A DNA stretch of 64,000 bases from Prochloraceae cyanobacterium PL24a_bin.78 (lineage in GTDB: Bacteria; Cyanobacteriota; Cyanobacteriia; Cyanobacteriales; JANQIW01): the NCBI GenBank assembly GCA_028281945.1, contig JANQIW010000037.1, forward strand, positions 494 through 64,493, in the 5' to 3' direction. The notes below the pieces were generated by a model. The model did not search any database. It had not been told where the DNA came from and saw only the letters and a program-made list of their open reading frames with translations. This document shows positions 8,409-18,454 of the stretch, piece after piece. The first letter of the stretch is position 1. Every line of letters begins with the position of its first letter. The translations under genes and the position numbers were made by a program.

Positions 8409-9677
8409 TTATTCAGGATCATTAGAAGAATCTGAAAGTTTTCCTGAAGAATTCACGTCATTAGATTTATGATTAAAATTAGAAGGACTCTGAGAAATCT
8501 TGGTATCATTATTCTTAGAAGAACGATCTTGATTATCTGACATATATTGCAACCAAGATATTCTGGTAGGAATAGGAGTTCTAACAGGTTGAAGACCTTT
8601 AAGCATTCCTGATAACTGAAGAGCATCTAAAGGTTTAGACTCTCGCAATTTATGCCATACCGATCGTGACATAAGTAAAGTATGTTGGGAGCGAGTTGCC
8701 CCTAATTTTTCTAGATATTCTTCTCTTTCAGGTTGATAGTCAGCGGAAGCCAACTTCAAAGAAGCATTAGGATAACGTTGAATAATCTGAGCCATTTGGG
8801 TTAAAATCTTAGGGTATAACCAAGTATAAGCAGGATGAACGGTCAACTCTGCTTGATGAGTAGAAGAACCATCTTTACTACATTGGAGTTTAAAATAACC
8901 AATAGCGGCTTTTCTTTGAGGTTCAAAAATATAACCACTTTTAACTTCAATATTTTCCAACCAATACTTAAATTGATTAATCAAACCACTAAAAAAATTG
9001 GTTTTAAAATCCTGAATATGACGATCGAAAACTTGACGTAAAAGAGGAGGCATAGAGACAGTATCTAACTGATATAGTAAAGAAGCATCAGCATTACTTA
9101 CAGGTAGAATATTAGGAAGCTCAGATTCTACAGTAGCTAATTCCTGCAATTTTTCTTCTGAAAGTAACCAGTAGGTCATCTGTGCTAGAGGTTGAAAACC
9201 ATTTTGACGATAAAGAGCTAAGATATTTTTATCATTAATATCAACTTCAAGAATCCAAGTTCGAGCTTCCCAAATAGTTTCAAAACAATGGCGTAAAAGT
9301 AGAGATCCAATATCTTTTTTATTAGTTAATAAATTAGGATCTCCTTGAGCAAGAATAGGATCAACTAAAACCCATTCTACACGCCAAGTAGTACGACTGA
9401 TATTAAAGGGTGAAACTTGAATCAAACCACAAATAAGATCCAAATTTTGAGCAAGATAGATACAGAAATCATATCCGACGGCATTACGCAATAATTTCAC
9501 AAAACAACTTAATCCGTACCAACGTTGCAATTTCTGTAAAAATTGAGTAAAACCTACTATGGAATTATCTGGAGAAGACTTAGAATAATTAGATACAAGA
9601 GTTGCGATGGCTTCTAAATCGCGATATTGAAGTTTACGGATTACAATGTTCGTATTGTTTTTTATAGATAAAGTCAT
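8409..9677 (-). CDS. GNAT-family N-acetyltransferase domain protein (two-domain, 422 aa)
   Basis: IRKLQYRDLEAIATLV and ALYRQNGFQPL are GNAT-like motifs. The gene ends 13-25 nt upstream of the ruvX start, so the two are probably co-transcribed. Confidence 0.55.
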   Translation of the reverse strand: MTLSIKNNTNIVIRKLQYRDLEAIATLVSNYSKSSPDNSIVGFTQFLQKLQRWYGLSCFVKLLRNAVGYDFCIYLAQNLDLICGLIQVSPFNISRTTWRVEWVLVDPILAQGDPNLLTNKKDIGSLLLRHCFETIWEARTWILEVDINDKNILALYRQNGFQPLAQMTYWLLSEEKLQELATVESELPNILPVSNADASLLYQLDTVSMPPLLRQVFDRHIQDFKTNFFSGLINQFKYWLENIEVKSGYIFEPQRKAAIGYFKLQCSKDGSSTHQAELTVHPAYTWLYPKILTQMAQIIQRYPNASLKLASADYQPEREEYLEKLGATRSQHTLLMSRSVWHKLRESKPLDALQLSGMLKGLQPVRTPIPTRISWLQYMSDNQDRSSKNNDTKISQSPSNFNHKSNDVNSSGKLSDSSNDPE

Positions 9678-10407
9678 CTTAAAGTCATCATTAAAATCAA
9701 TAAATAGGATTTAGGGAATAATGGTGGAAAATCATCCATCAAGAGAATCAGAGCTAATCTATATGGTTTTTATTCTTGCAAACAATTATCACCTCTACTT
9801 AGTTTTTCAATGTTGCATTAGTGCAACATTCAACCAAGTGATCATCTAATCAAAAGAGGGTAAATTCAAGCTAGGCATAACATCACTTTGACAAATAAAG
9901 GTGGTTGCCCACAAAGTTAAACCAAAAAGTTTAACGCTATTTTTAATCAAGTTATCTTTTTTTGTTCTCAGAATAATAGATTTACGCGGGTGTTTGGGCG
10001 TAAGGATAGCTATAGTATTCCTTGATTTTCCCACCAACCTTCAATCGTACGAAACTGTTTCCAAAAGAGTTAATTTTTGTTATAACACATTAAAAACAGT
10101 TAATGTTAGAGACATTTAATAGTTGAAAACGAAAAAACATATAGTATAGAAAATTGCTTTTGTGCACTATCTCCATTTTAACTATTTTTGGGATTTTCTG
10201 GTGAAATTTCCCAAGTTAGGAAAATCTAACTAATTGAAGCATTCCTAGAAATTTGTCTTATATCAGTACATTTTCTTAATTAAATAAAAATAATATGAGT
10301 ATGTCTTGGGAGTCAGGAAAGAATGACTTAATCAAAGCCAAAAACATAACCCTTCAAAACATACCACACTGAATAGCAAAAGCTAATTATTCATGATCAC
10401 TATTAAG

Positions 10408-10683
10408 CTAATCCACCTTTTCTAATTGCCAAAGAATTTGATTTCCTTCACGTCTTACTCGTGATACCACCCAATTACGCCAAGACCAATTATCGCCTCT
10501 GGAAGTTACAGCACTGGCATTAATATCCATTAAATCAGCTAATTCTGAACTAGTGATTAAATAACCATATTTAGCTATTTCATCAGCAATTCTTAACGTT
10601 TCGATAAGGTGATTGAGTCTTTTAATTCTTTCTTCACCTAGTAAATTGTTTTCTTCAATAAAATTTCCAGAAGATTCGATCAT
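10408..10683 (-). CDS. hypothetical protein
   Basis: A 91-aa ORF in an otherwise ORF-poor 1.1-kb stretch. No recognisable motif. Confidence 0.35.
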   Translation of the reverse strand: MIESSGNFIEENNLLGEERIKRLNHLIETLRIADEIAKYGYLITSSELADLMDINASAVTSRGDNWSWRNWVVSRVRREGNQILWQLEKVD

Positions 10684-10813
10684 AATTATCTAATTAACAG
10701 TTTTTTTTGTTTAATCTATTTTTAAGTTCTCTTGAGACAAAAAATGAGATTAAATAACATTCTTACTTAAAATTTTACTGATTTTCGAGGGAAATATGTG
10801 GTTTTTGCGAATA

Positions 10814-12025
10814 TTAATTAGAATTTTGTTGGTTAAGATTCTCTAACAACCTCTTTCTTCTTTTCAGAGCTGGCTGAAAATCGGGCTTGATTTTTAGGGC
10901 TTTTTCATAACTCTTAAGAGATTCTTCTTTTTTGTTCAAATTTTCTAAAGCACAACCTCGATTGTACCAAGACTGATAGTATTCTGGTTGGATTTCCACT
11001 ACGTGATTCCAACAAGATAAAGCTTCTTCCCAATTTTGTAAGTTATAAAATACATTACCGCGATTATTCCATGCCAAATGATCATTAGGATTGATTGCAA
11101 TAGCTTGATCGAAACTGGCAATAGCATCATCTAGTTTCCCTAAATTGGCCAAAGCACTACCGCGATTATGCCATGCCTGAGAAAAGTTAGGATTTAATTC
11201 TAAAACTTTATCCCAAGAAGAAATTGCCCCAGCTAAATCTCCCGCTCTTGCCATATTCAAACCTGTATTAAACCAAGCTTCTACAGGTGAAGAGTATTCT
11301 TGAACATCAGTAGTTTGATTATTAACAGTATTGAGTTGATTAATTAATGTTTCTATGATCTTAGAAGGATCTGTGGTTTCTATGCCTAATTGTTGAGCCA
11401 TTTGTGTCACTAAATTAGCATCTTCTTGCAATTTAACCAACAATTCATCTATCCTGATCACTTCTCCTTGTGGTTGGCCTTGTGGTTGAGGAGAATTAGA
11501 ATCTGTTGTAGGTTTTGTATTTTTTTCTAAGGAAACAGCATTAGTAGAATGGGTAGAATTAATATAATTAGGAGAATTAGAATCTACTCCTGAATATTCC
11601 CAAATTGGGTTAGAGGTAATTTTTGATAAGATTTGGTTGCCAATTTTATAAACTGTATTAGAAAAATTTTCCAAATTAGGAATAGATTCTGTCACTTGGC
11701 TAAAATAAACCATTCTTGATGCCAATTCTTGGTTAGGAGCATTTGAGTTTAAAATTTTGGCTTGAAAACGTTTTAACCAAGCAATCCATTGGGCGCGATT
11801 AGCTCTTGTTTCCAACCTTTCAAAAAATTTGACTATTTGCCCTTGATGCCACCCATGGGATACTCCTTCCAAAAGTTGCATAAATAAGAATTCATAGTCA
11901 GTATCTGTTAATTCTTTTTCCTCTACTTTTTCTTTTTTTGTTTTTGTCTTTTTTCCTTGATTAAACAGTTGATTAAACAGTTGTTTAAAAAATCTTTTGA
12001 GCCATTTAAATATTCTCGATAACAT
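10814..12025 (-). CDS. TPR-repeat protein
   Basis: Five to six canonical TPRs (AW.N.G.AL..LG....A...FD.AI...P). ATG at 12025; the track uses the TTG at 12031. Confidence 0.8.
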   Translation of the reverse strand: MLSRIFKWLKRFFKQLFNQLFNQGKKTKTKKEKVEEKELTDTDYEFLFMQLLEGVSHGWHQGQIVKFFERLETRANRAQWIAWLKRFQAKILNSNAPNQELASRMVYFSQVTESIPNLENFSNTVYKIGNQILSKITSNPIWEYSGVDSNSPNYINSTHSTNAVSLEKNTKPTTDSNSPQPQGQPQGEVIRIDELLVKLQEDANLVTQMAQQLGIETTDPSKIIETLINQLNTVNNQTTDVQEYSSPVEAWFNTGLNMARAGDLAGAISSWDKVLELNPNFSQAWHNRGSALANLGKLDDAIASFDQAIAINPNDHLAWNNRGNVFYNLQNWEEALSCWNHVVEIQPEYYQSWYNRGCALENLNKKEESLKSYEKALKIKPDFQPALKRRKRLLENLNQQNSN

Positions 12026-12393
12026 TCTCAAACTTTCCTACAAAATGTAAATTATATTTATTTTGGATGGAAAAACTAATTTTAAATTTCTCCCCTTGAT
12101 TATTAAAACTATGCTATAATTTAACTATAATCATAATCCAATTTGTCTTAAAATCTATGGTGAAGTTTAATTTTCAAATTTACCATTATACATTAAAAAT
12201 ATCTTATTTGTTTACTTAATTAAGTATAGCTAGACTAATGAACAATTGAGAATAGACAATTAAAATTAATAATTATATATCATAACCTATATTATCTACT
12301 ATCTAAGAAATTTTTTATTTTTAGATTATTTTACACAAAATTTATCGATAGATTTATATCTTAAATTTTCCATTAAAATCTATTATTATTGTT

Positions 12394-12413
12394 ATAAATA
12401 AATAAATAAATAA
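12394..12413. repeat. (ATAA)5 tetranucleotide microsatellite abutting the dnaX start
   Basis: ataaataaataaataaataa lies directly 5' of ttgatg (the dnaX start region). Confidence 0.9.
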
Positions 12414-12416
12414 TTG

Positions 12417-14756
12417 ATGTCCTACCAACCTCTTCATCAAAAATATCGTCCCCAAACTTTTGCTGAATTAGTAGGGCAAGATGCCATCTCTTCCACCCTA
12501 ACTAACGCTATTGTTACCCAAAGAATCGCTCCTGCTTATTTATTTACAGGGCCTCGCGGTACTGGGAAAACTTCCTCGGCTCGAATTTTTGCTAAATCTC
12601 TTAATTGTCAAAGTGTCGATCGTCCTACCCCTAATCCTTGTGGCAAATGTGAAGTGTGTCGCAGTATTTCCAAAGGAGCAGCCCTTGATGTAATTGAAAT
12701 TGATGCAGCTAGTAATACAGGAGTAGATAACATTAGAGAAATTATCGAAAAAGCTCAATTTGCTGCCCTATCTTGTCGCTATAAAGTATATGTAATTGAC
12801 GAGTGTCATATGCTTAGTACGGCAGCTTTTAATGCTTTACTGAAAACTTTAGAAGAACCTCCCAAAAATGTAATTTTTATTCTAGCAACTACAGATCCAC
12901 AAAAGGTTTTACCGACTATTATTTCGAGAACTCAACGTTTTGACTATCGAAGAATTGAATTAAATTCAATGGTATCCCATCTCAAAAACATTGCTTCTCA
13001 AGAAAATATTCAGATAACGGATGAAGCTATTACCATAATAGCTCAAATGGCTAACGGTGGTCTTCGAGATGCTCAAAGTCTTTTGGATCAATTAAGTCTA
13101 TTATCTGGGGAAATAACTCCACAAAAAGTATGGGATTTAGTCGGGGCAGTTCCGGAACAAGATTTATTGTGTTTGATAAATGCAATAGAATCAGATAATA
13201 GTATCACTTTATTAGAACAAAGTCGAAGAATTATGGATCGAGGAAGAGAGCCTTTAATTATTCTTCAAAATCTAGCTAATTTTTATATAAATTTATTAAT
13301 TGCAAAAACTGCTCCACATCGTCAGGATTTAGTGCAAATTACTAATGATACATGGAATAAATTATGTGAATTAGCTAAATCTTGGTCTGATGAAACGATT
13401 TTGCAAGGGCAACAGCATCTTAAAAATAGTGAAACTAAAATTAAAAATACTAGTCAGCCTCGTTTATGGTTAGAGATTAGCTTATTAGGATTATTGCCTT
13501 CAGCTTTGAGAAAGACTACCATTCATACTAATATTCCATCTCCTCAAGCTGATATTACAGGTAAAATATCAAAGACACTCCCAAAAACTCCTCCAAGTCA
13601 AAATCCAACTTCATCACCATCTTCTAATTCAACTCAACCTTCTGATTCAACTCAACTTCCAACTCAACCTCCAACTCCATCATCATCTTCTAATTCCAAT
13701 TCAAATACCTCATCTCCTATTAAACCTTCAAAAAATATTTCTAAGTCTCAATCCAATTCATCATCAAATTTATCATCAGCATCATTGTCTTCATCACTTT
13801 CCCAGCCATCAAGTAATCAATCATCTCTTAAGAATAATTCACCTCAAAATCTAGTTGAAATTTGGAATAAATTTATTAATCAACTGCCAAATTTTAGGCA
13901 AGCATTAATAAAACCTCATGCCTATTTGATGATTTTTGAGGGTGAAGTTGTTGTTATTGGGGTAAGATCACAAGGTTTACTCATACAAGTAAAACGTTTT
14001 CTTGACGAATTTCAAGAAGCTTTTTATAGAGTTCTAGGATATCACGTAAAAATTTATTTAAAATTAGGAGATTTTCCTGAGTCTTCAAAAAAAAATACCA
14101 AAGATAATGACTTAAATTCAGGATCTTCTTCCAATCAAAATCCTTCTAATAATTTAGATAGCTTACCTAAAGAGAATTCATCTATTAACCAACAATCAAT
14201 TAATCAATCTCCTGAGAAATCTCCACCTCATCCAGAAAATATTTACTCTGATAATAAAATTAATCATAAAAATTATTCTCAACCTAGAGATATTAATCAA
14301 GCTAATTCTCACAATAACTCTCCAAATAATTATGGAAATCAAGTTAATGAAGCTCAAAAAAATAGATCTAAATATAGTTCAGAAGTGGTTGGATTTAATC
14401 GTAAATTTAGTAATAAAAAACCTAATAAGATTGATGGAAACAATAATCAAAGTAATCAAGGTAATCAAGAGAATAAAATTCAGTCTAAATTGGAGTCAGA
14501 GTCTCAGGCTAATCAAGTTGGAGTTAATGAGGGAATTAATCAGGATAATAATTCTTTACTCAAAAAGGCTGCTGATAATTTAGCTAGGTGTTTCAAAGGC
14601 GAAATTATTCCTTTTGATGAAATTTTACCGAATAAAGATAGATTGGATTCTTCTACTGAATCTCCTACTAAAGATGAGGAAAATAATCAAGGAGAAATAT
14701 ATGGTATAATCACAGGAAGAGATCGTTATATTCCAGAAAGTGAAGACGATTTTTAA
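12417..14756 (+). CDS. dnaX: DNA polymerase III subunit gamma/tau
   Basis: YRPQTFAELVGQ, the Walker A motif GPRGTGKTS, the zinc module CGKCEVC, DECHMLS and LEEPP. Contains two long S/N/P/Q-rich low-complexity tracts. No intein is present. Confidence 0.9.
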   Translation: MSYQPLHQKYRPQTFAELVGQDAISSTLTNAIVTQRIAPAYLFTGPRGTGKTSSARIFAKSLNCQSVDRPTPNPCGKCEVCRSISKGAALDVIEIDAASNTGVDNIREIIEKAQFAALSCRYKVYVIDECHMLSTAAFNALLKTLEEPPKNVIFILATTDPQKVLPTIISRTQRFDYRRIELNSMVSHLKNIASQENIQITDEAITIIAQMANGGLRDAQSLLDQLSLLSGEITPQKVWDLVGAVPEQDLLCLINAIESDNSITLLEQSRRIMDRGREPLIILQNLANFYINLLIAKTAPHRQDLVQITNDTWNKLCELAKSWSDETILQGQQHLKNSETKIKNTSQPRLWLEISLLGLLPSALRKTTIHTNIPSPQADITGKISKTLPKTPPSQNPTSSPSSNSTQPSDSTQLPTQPPTPSSSSNSNSNTSSPIKPSKNISKSQSNSSSNLSSASLSSSLSQPSSNQSSLKNNSPQNLVEIWNKFINQLPNFRQALIKPHAYLMIFEGEVVVIGVRSQGLLIQVKRFLDEFQEAFYRVLGYHVKIYLKLGDFPESSKKNTKDNDLNSGSSSNQNPSNNLDSLPKENSSINQQSINQSPEKSPPHPENIYSDNKINHKNYSQPRDINQANSHNNSPNNYGNQVNEAQKNRSKYSSEVVGFNRKFSNKKPNKIDGNNNQSNQGNQENKIQSKLESESQANQVGVNEGINQDNNSLLKKAADNLARCFKGEIIPFDEILPNKDRLDSSTESPTKDEENNQGEIYGIITGRDRYIPESEDDF

Positions 14757-14814
14757 ATTTTATTATGAAGTTATTGATAAATTAGTTTGATAAAAATTAG
14801 GAGAAAGTTTTTAA

Positions 14815-15222
14815 ATGATTAAAAAGTTATGGCTTTTAATGATAATTTGTTTGTCTATTACACTATTAGGCTATAAAAATACTGAAAATTGTCGAGAGTG
14901 TTTTAGTCTTAAAGAAAATGAAAATGCTAATTTCTCGGAGTTTATAGAAGATAATAATAGCAGTTTATCCCCTATTGTTTATGGTAGATTAACTTGCAAT
15001 TTTACAAATAAAATGATGAAACAATTGGCTAAGAATAAGATTCCTTATAAATTTAAAGATATTAGTAATAATACAAATCGTATGGAAATGAAAACGGCTT
15101 TATCCAATGCGGATATTTCTGGTAGAATTCCTTTGCCTGTAGTTTCTATTAAGGATAAAATTATGCTTCGACCAAAAATTTCAGAAGTTATCGAAGAACA
15201 TCAGAATTTGAATAATCAATAG
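14815..15222 (+). CDS. signal-peptide-bearing glutaredoxin-like fold protein (degenerate CxxT site)
   Basis: IVYGRLTCNFTNKMMKQLAKNKIPYKFKDI...IPLPVVSIKDKIM follows the Grx pattern, with CNFT in place of CPYC. Confidence 0.4.
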   Translation: MIKKLWLLMIICLSITLLGYKNTENCRECFSLKENENANFSEFIEDNNSSLSPIVYGRLTCNFTNKMMKQLAKNKIPYKFKDISNNTNRMEMKTALSNADISGRIPLPVVSIKDKIMLRPKISEVIEEHQNLNNQ

Positions 15223-15374
15223 TGTAAGGATCAACTTTTCTATTTTTTAGAGTTGAAGAGAATCATAATTCATGATCTTCAATAACTTTAACGAGGAAAA
15301 CTTACTTACTTAAAGATTGATGAAGATAAAAATAACCGTATCTATATAGATTAGATTTATTTTTATAGATAAAA

Positions 15375-15776
15375 TTAGTCTTCATCTAAAGCAGGAAAAG
15401 CTTCTTCAATCTCCCATAACATATTCTTATGACCAATAAACCAACTACGAGTTTCTGGAGTTAATTGCTCCCAAACGATATCGATAGATACATGAGGAGA
15501 TTCATATTGATATTTTTGGCCAAGGAATCTTAAATTTTCTACGACTCCTTCAGGAATACCAAAATATAACCAATCTACTTGAACAAATTTCCCACAAACA
15601 CCACCACTAGGATCGTAAATCAGTTGAGCAACTCTAATTAAATCAGCAAAATTAGTAGGTTTTAACCCTGTAATTTTTTGAATTTCTCTAATTCTTTCTT
15701 TATTCTCTTGTAATCTCATGATTTTCTCTTGGTTGTTGTTAAGTTTTTTCTTGGTTTTTCTACACCAATAAATCAT
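15375..15776 (-). CDS. hypothetical protein (start possibly at the internal ATG, 15719)
   Basis: A 133-aa ORF lying 27 nt downstream of the NifX-like gene on the same strand. No motif recognised. Confidence 0.45.
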   Translation of the reverse strand: MIYWCRKTKKKLNNNQEKIMRLQENKERIREIQKITGLKPTNFADLIRVAQLIYDPSGGVCGKFVQVDWLYFGIPEGVVENLRFLGQKYQYESPHVSIDIVWEQLTPETRSWFIGHKNMLWEIEEAFPALDED

Positions 15777-15802
15777 AACATCTTAGTGACACAAATTAAT
15801 TA

Positions 15803-16534
15803 TTAATTATCGGCTTTATAATTTTTCAATCTTTCCTCCGCTGTTACTCCTAGTATTTTCGCTAACCAAGGGGGTGGGGAAGTTGCAATGGCTTTTTGTA
15901 ATTTGGCTAATTCTTCTCTTGCTAAACCCCCTGTTTCAACTTTCATGGGATAAATATTAGCTTGGATAACTTTAGCAGCAGCAGGCCCTCCAATGGAAAC
16001 CACATAAACAATGGCACAATCTTTAATTAATTCCATTCGGAATCGATTTTTTTCTTCTGCTAAATCGGCTTCGATTGTCGATCGAACATCAATCAATTTA
16101 ATTTGGTCTGGTGATAACTGATAAATTAAATAGCGATGACAGGAACCAAAGTGGCCATCTAATTTTTCTCCAGTATTGGAAGACACTGCAACACGTATGG
16201 AGTTGGGCATATCTCCTTCTTGATATGGTTCAATCGGTAAAGATTCTTGTGATTGGCCTTTTTCACCCCATAAGATTTCAACTGCTTCTTTGAGGGCGGC
16301 AATTTCTTGATTATCAGCATCTTCACTTTCCCATCCACCTTCAGCGTCATAAATATTGCCAAAGGATTTTTTTAATTGAGTGACGGTAATTTTACTGAGA
16401 GATTCTTCTGTTATCTCGTCTTCATTTTCCCCTTGTAAGGCTTCTATTAATTGTTTGACGGATACATCGGGTAATACTTTGGCTGCTAGTGCAATTCTGA
16501 GAGCGACTTCGTTAGAAATTGATTGATTGGTCAT
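15803..16534 (-). CDS. NifB/NifX/NafY-family iron-molybdenum-cofactor-binding domain protein with NafY-like N-terminal domain
   Basis: 243 aa. GHFGSCHRYLIYQL...IDVR and AIVYVVSIGGPAAAKV are typical of the dinitrogenase FeMo-co biosynthesis domain. Confidence 0.65.
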   Translation of the reverse strand: MTNQSISNEVALRIALAAKVLPDVSVKQLIEALQGENEDEITEESLSKITVTQLKKSFGNIYDAEGGWESEDADNQEIAALKEAVEILWGEKGQSQESLPIEPYQEGDMPNSIRVAVSSNTGEKLDGHFGSCHRYLIYQLSPDQIKLIDVRSTIEADLAEEKNRFRMELIKDCAIVYVVSIGGPAAAKVIQANIYPMKVETGGLAREELAKLQKAIATSPPPWLAKILGVTAEERLKNYKADN

Positions 16535-16990
16535 TATTTAATTCCTAAATTTAATGGTTAATTTTTAGTCATTAGGTTTTTTATACAGAGGGATTTTAAT
16601 TATAAATATTGACAATAAATATTTTGGTTTTGACTTTATTTTGAAGGGATAACCTCTACATCCCAAATGAGCCTAGAAAATCTATAATTAGGCTTTGATT
16701 TTAGCTTATCTAGCTTATTCGGCAATTAATAATATCAGTAATTGATTTTGAGGGAAAATTTAAGACTTAAATCAATATTAATTATGGTTGTATTCACTGG
16801 CTTCAAACACCCTTATATTGGGTTAAATTAATTTTTTTTGGGGAAAGATATGAGTATTTTTAAGTAGTAGTTAGGGGATTTTTACTGAGGGAATACAACT
16901 AAAAAAAATTGTGCTCAAATTTAGTTAAGACAAAAAGATTAAGCAATTATCTGATAGAATATTTGGGAATTTTTTTGTACTTACCAATCT

Positions 16991-17011
16991 TTAAAAGGGG
17001 AATTATCCCCT
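16991..17011 (-). terminator. intrinsic terminator after mgdA
   Basis: The minus strand reads aggggataattcccct followed by tttt, starting about 10 nt after the stop codon. Confidence 0.6.
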
Positions 17012-17020
17012 AAATTATGA

Positions 17021-18454
17021 TTAAGTAAAATCCAAACTTTCAGCTTCATTTCCTTCATGCACCGTCTTAACCCACTTGAGACGCTTAGGCCGTACAGACA
17101 TTCTTGCCATAGTACTAGGTATTACTAAAAACCAATGGAACATATATATTAGACCTTTGAGGGATTGTAAACCCATCATAAAGATATCAAAAACATTAAC
17201 TTTCTCTTGAGTACGAGTGCGACATAATCCTTTAAATATTCCCCAACAAGTAAAAGATAGAAGAACAGTCGTCATAGGACTAAATATAGGTAAGCGATGA
17301 CGGTAAATAGCCATCAACATATCTGGTATTCCTGCGGTAGGTAAGAGGTATTGAAAAATAATAAAACAAAATAAATCCACCTTTTTACCAAAACTAATTC
17401 GTTTACCAATGATAAAACGCCAGTAATCCAAATAACGTTGATAACCACCTTCAGCCCAGCGATTGCGTTGATGCCAAAGAGAAAGAGGATTTTTCACTCC
17501 TTCTTCACCAACAGCAGGGAATTCAAGACAATCAATATTCCATCCATCTAAATGCAAACGAATAGTCAAATCCAAATCATCAGTAATAGTTTGTTCACAC
17601 CAACCACCACAACTTTCTAAAGCCTGACGACGCACAAATTGGCCATTTCCTCTTAATTCTCCAATACCGCCGATGGCAATTCTTTTTTGCTGAAAATAAC
17701 TATCTAATGCCATTTCCGCCATTTGGCCTTTTGTCCAAAAATTGAGAGAAGCATTAGAAATCCCCTTTCTCACTTGCACTGCGCCCATGTCTTCTGGGTT
17801 AAATAGGGGAATTAATCGTCGCAATAAATCATTTGGAACCGTAGCATCTGCATCAAAAACTCCTATGATTTCCCCTTTAGTTAGAGGTAATACCTGATTG
17901 AGTGCCCCTGATTTTCCTCCTCCTGCATTTGCCTTACGGTGAAATACTTTTAATTCTGGATATTCTTGAGCTATTTGATCTAGTATTTCTGGAGTTTTAT
18001 CAGTACTGTGATCATTTATTGCCCATACTTCATACTTATCTGTGGGATAGTCTAGGTTATGGAGCATTTTGAGTAGGTTTCCAATCACAGGTTCTTCATT
18101 TTTAGCTGAAACTAACAGGGATACATAAGGAGCACTTTCCAACTCTTCTGAGCCTAATAAAGTAGGAATTGATTTTTCTTTCACTATCAGTAAACGAATT
18201 ACTTGAATTGTAAGTAATCCCGTCATACTAATTCCAATCCAAGTACCCCAAGTTACTAAGTGGAGTCCAATAGTAACCCCCCATACCATGGTAAAAATAA
18301 AAGCGGCTTTTTTTCTTCTACCAGATAAACCTTGGAAAAATTCACTTCTAAATTCTTCTTCTTCTTCTTCTGGATCGGAAAATTCAGATAAAATAGAACT
18401 AATTGGATCAATTTCTTGTTCAGATTCGTTGTCTAACCAATATTTTTTTGTCAT
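17021..18454 (-). CDS. mgdA: family-2 glycosyltransferase, likely monoglucosyldiacylglycerol synthase
   Basis: 477 aa. Has N- and C-terminal TM segments and a GT2 core (VSAKNEE, FDADA, QRNRWAEGGYQ = the QxxRW motif). Size and architecture match cyanobacterial MgdA. It is divergently paired with an MgdE-like gene. Confidence 0.6.
   Translation of the reverse strand: MTKKYWLDNESEQEIDPISSILSEFSDPEEEEEEFRSEFFQGLSGRRKKAAFIFTMVWGVTIGLHLVTWGTWIGISMTGLLTIQVIRLLIVKEKSIPTLLGSEELESAPYVSLLVSAKNEEPVIGNLLKMLHNLDYPTDKYEVWAINDHSTDKTPEILDQIAQEYPELKVFHRKANAGGGKSGALNQVLPLTKGEIIGVFDADATVPNDLLRRLIPLFNPEDMGAVQVRKGISNASLNFWTKGQMAEMALDSYFQQKRIAIGGIGELRGNGQFVRRQALESCGGWCEQTITDDLDLTIRLHLDGWNIDCLEFPAVGEEGVKNPLSLWHQRNRWAEGGYQRYLDYWRFIIGKRISFGKKVDLFCFIIFQYLLPTAGIPDMLMAIYRHRLPIFSPMTTVLLSFTCWGIFKGLCRTRTQEKVNVFDIFMMGLQSLKGLIYMFHWFLVIPSTMARMSVRPKRLKWVKTVHEGNEAESLDFT

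Noticed and set aside
9846-10119. The overlapping ORFs 9846-10037 (-) and 9901-10119 (+), considered as a transposase or IS remnant.
   Set aside because: I could find no recognisable transposase motifs or terminal repeats. The translations are basic and low-complexity, as is typical of random AT-rich frames.
12417-14756. An intein in dnaX, as found in some cyanobacterial dnaX genes.
   Set aside because: The ATPase motifs are contiguous (Walker A to DECHMLS to LEEPP). There are no Cys/Ser-...-HN-Cys splicing blocks. The extra length comes from low-complexity S/N/P/Q tracts.
16111-16362. ORFs at 16111-16293 (+) and 16159-16362 (-) inside the NifX-like gene. Similar small internal ORFs occur in nadB, pepN, phnE, the acyltransferase gene and mgdE.
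   Set aside because: All are nested within longer ORFs that carry diagnostic family motifs. None has its own motif or start context.
15803-16534. Evidence for a nitrogen-fixation island.
   Set aside because: Only one NifX/NafY-family domain gene is present. No nifHDK, nifB or nifEN-like ORFs occur anywhere in the window.
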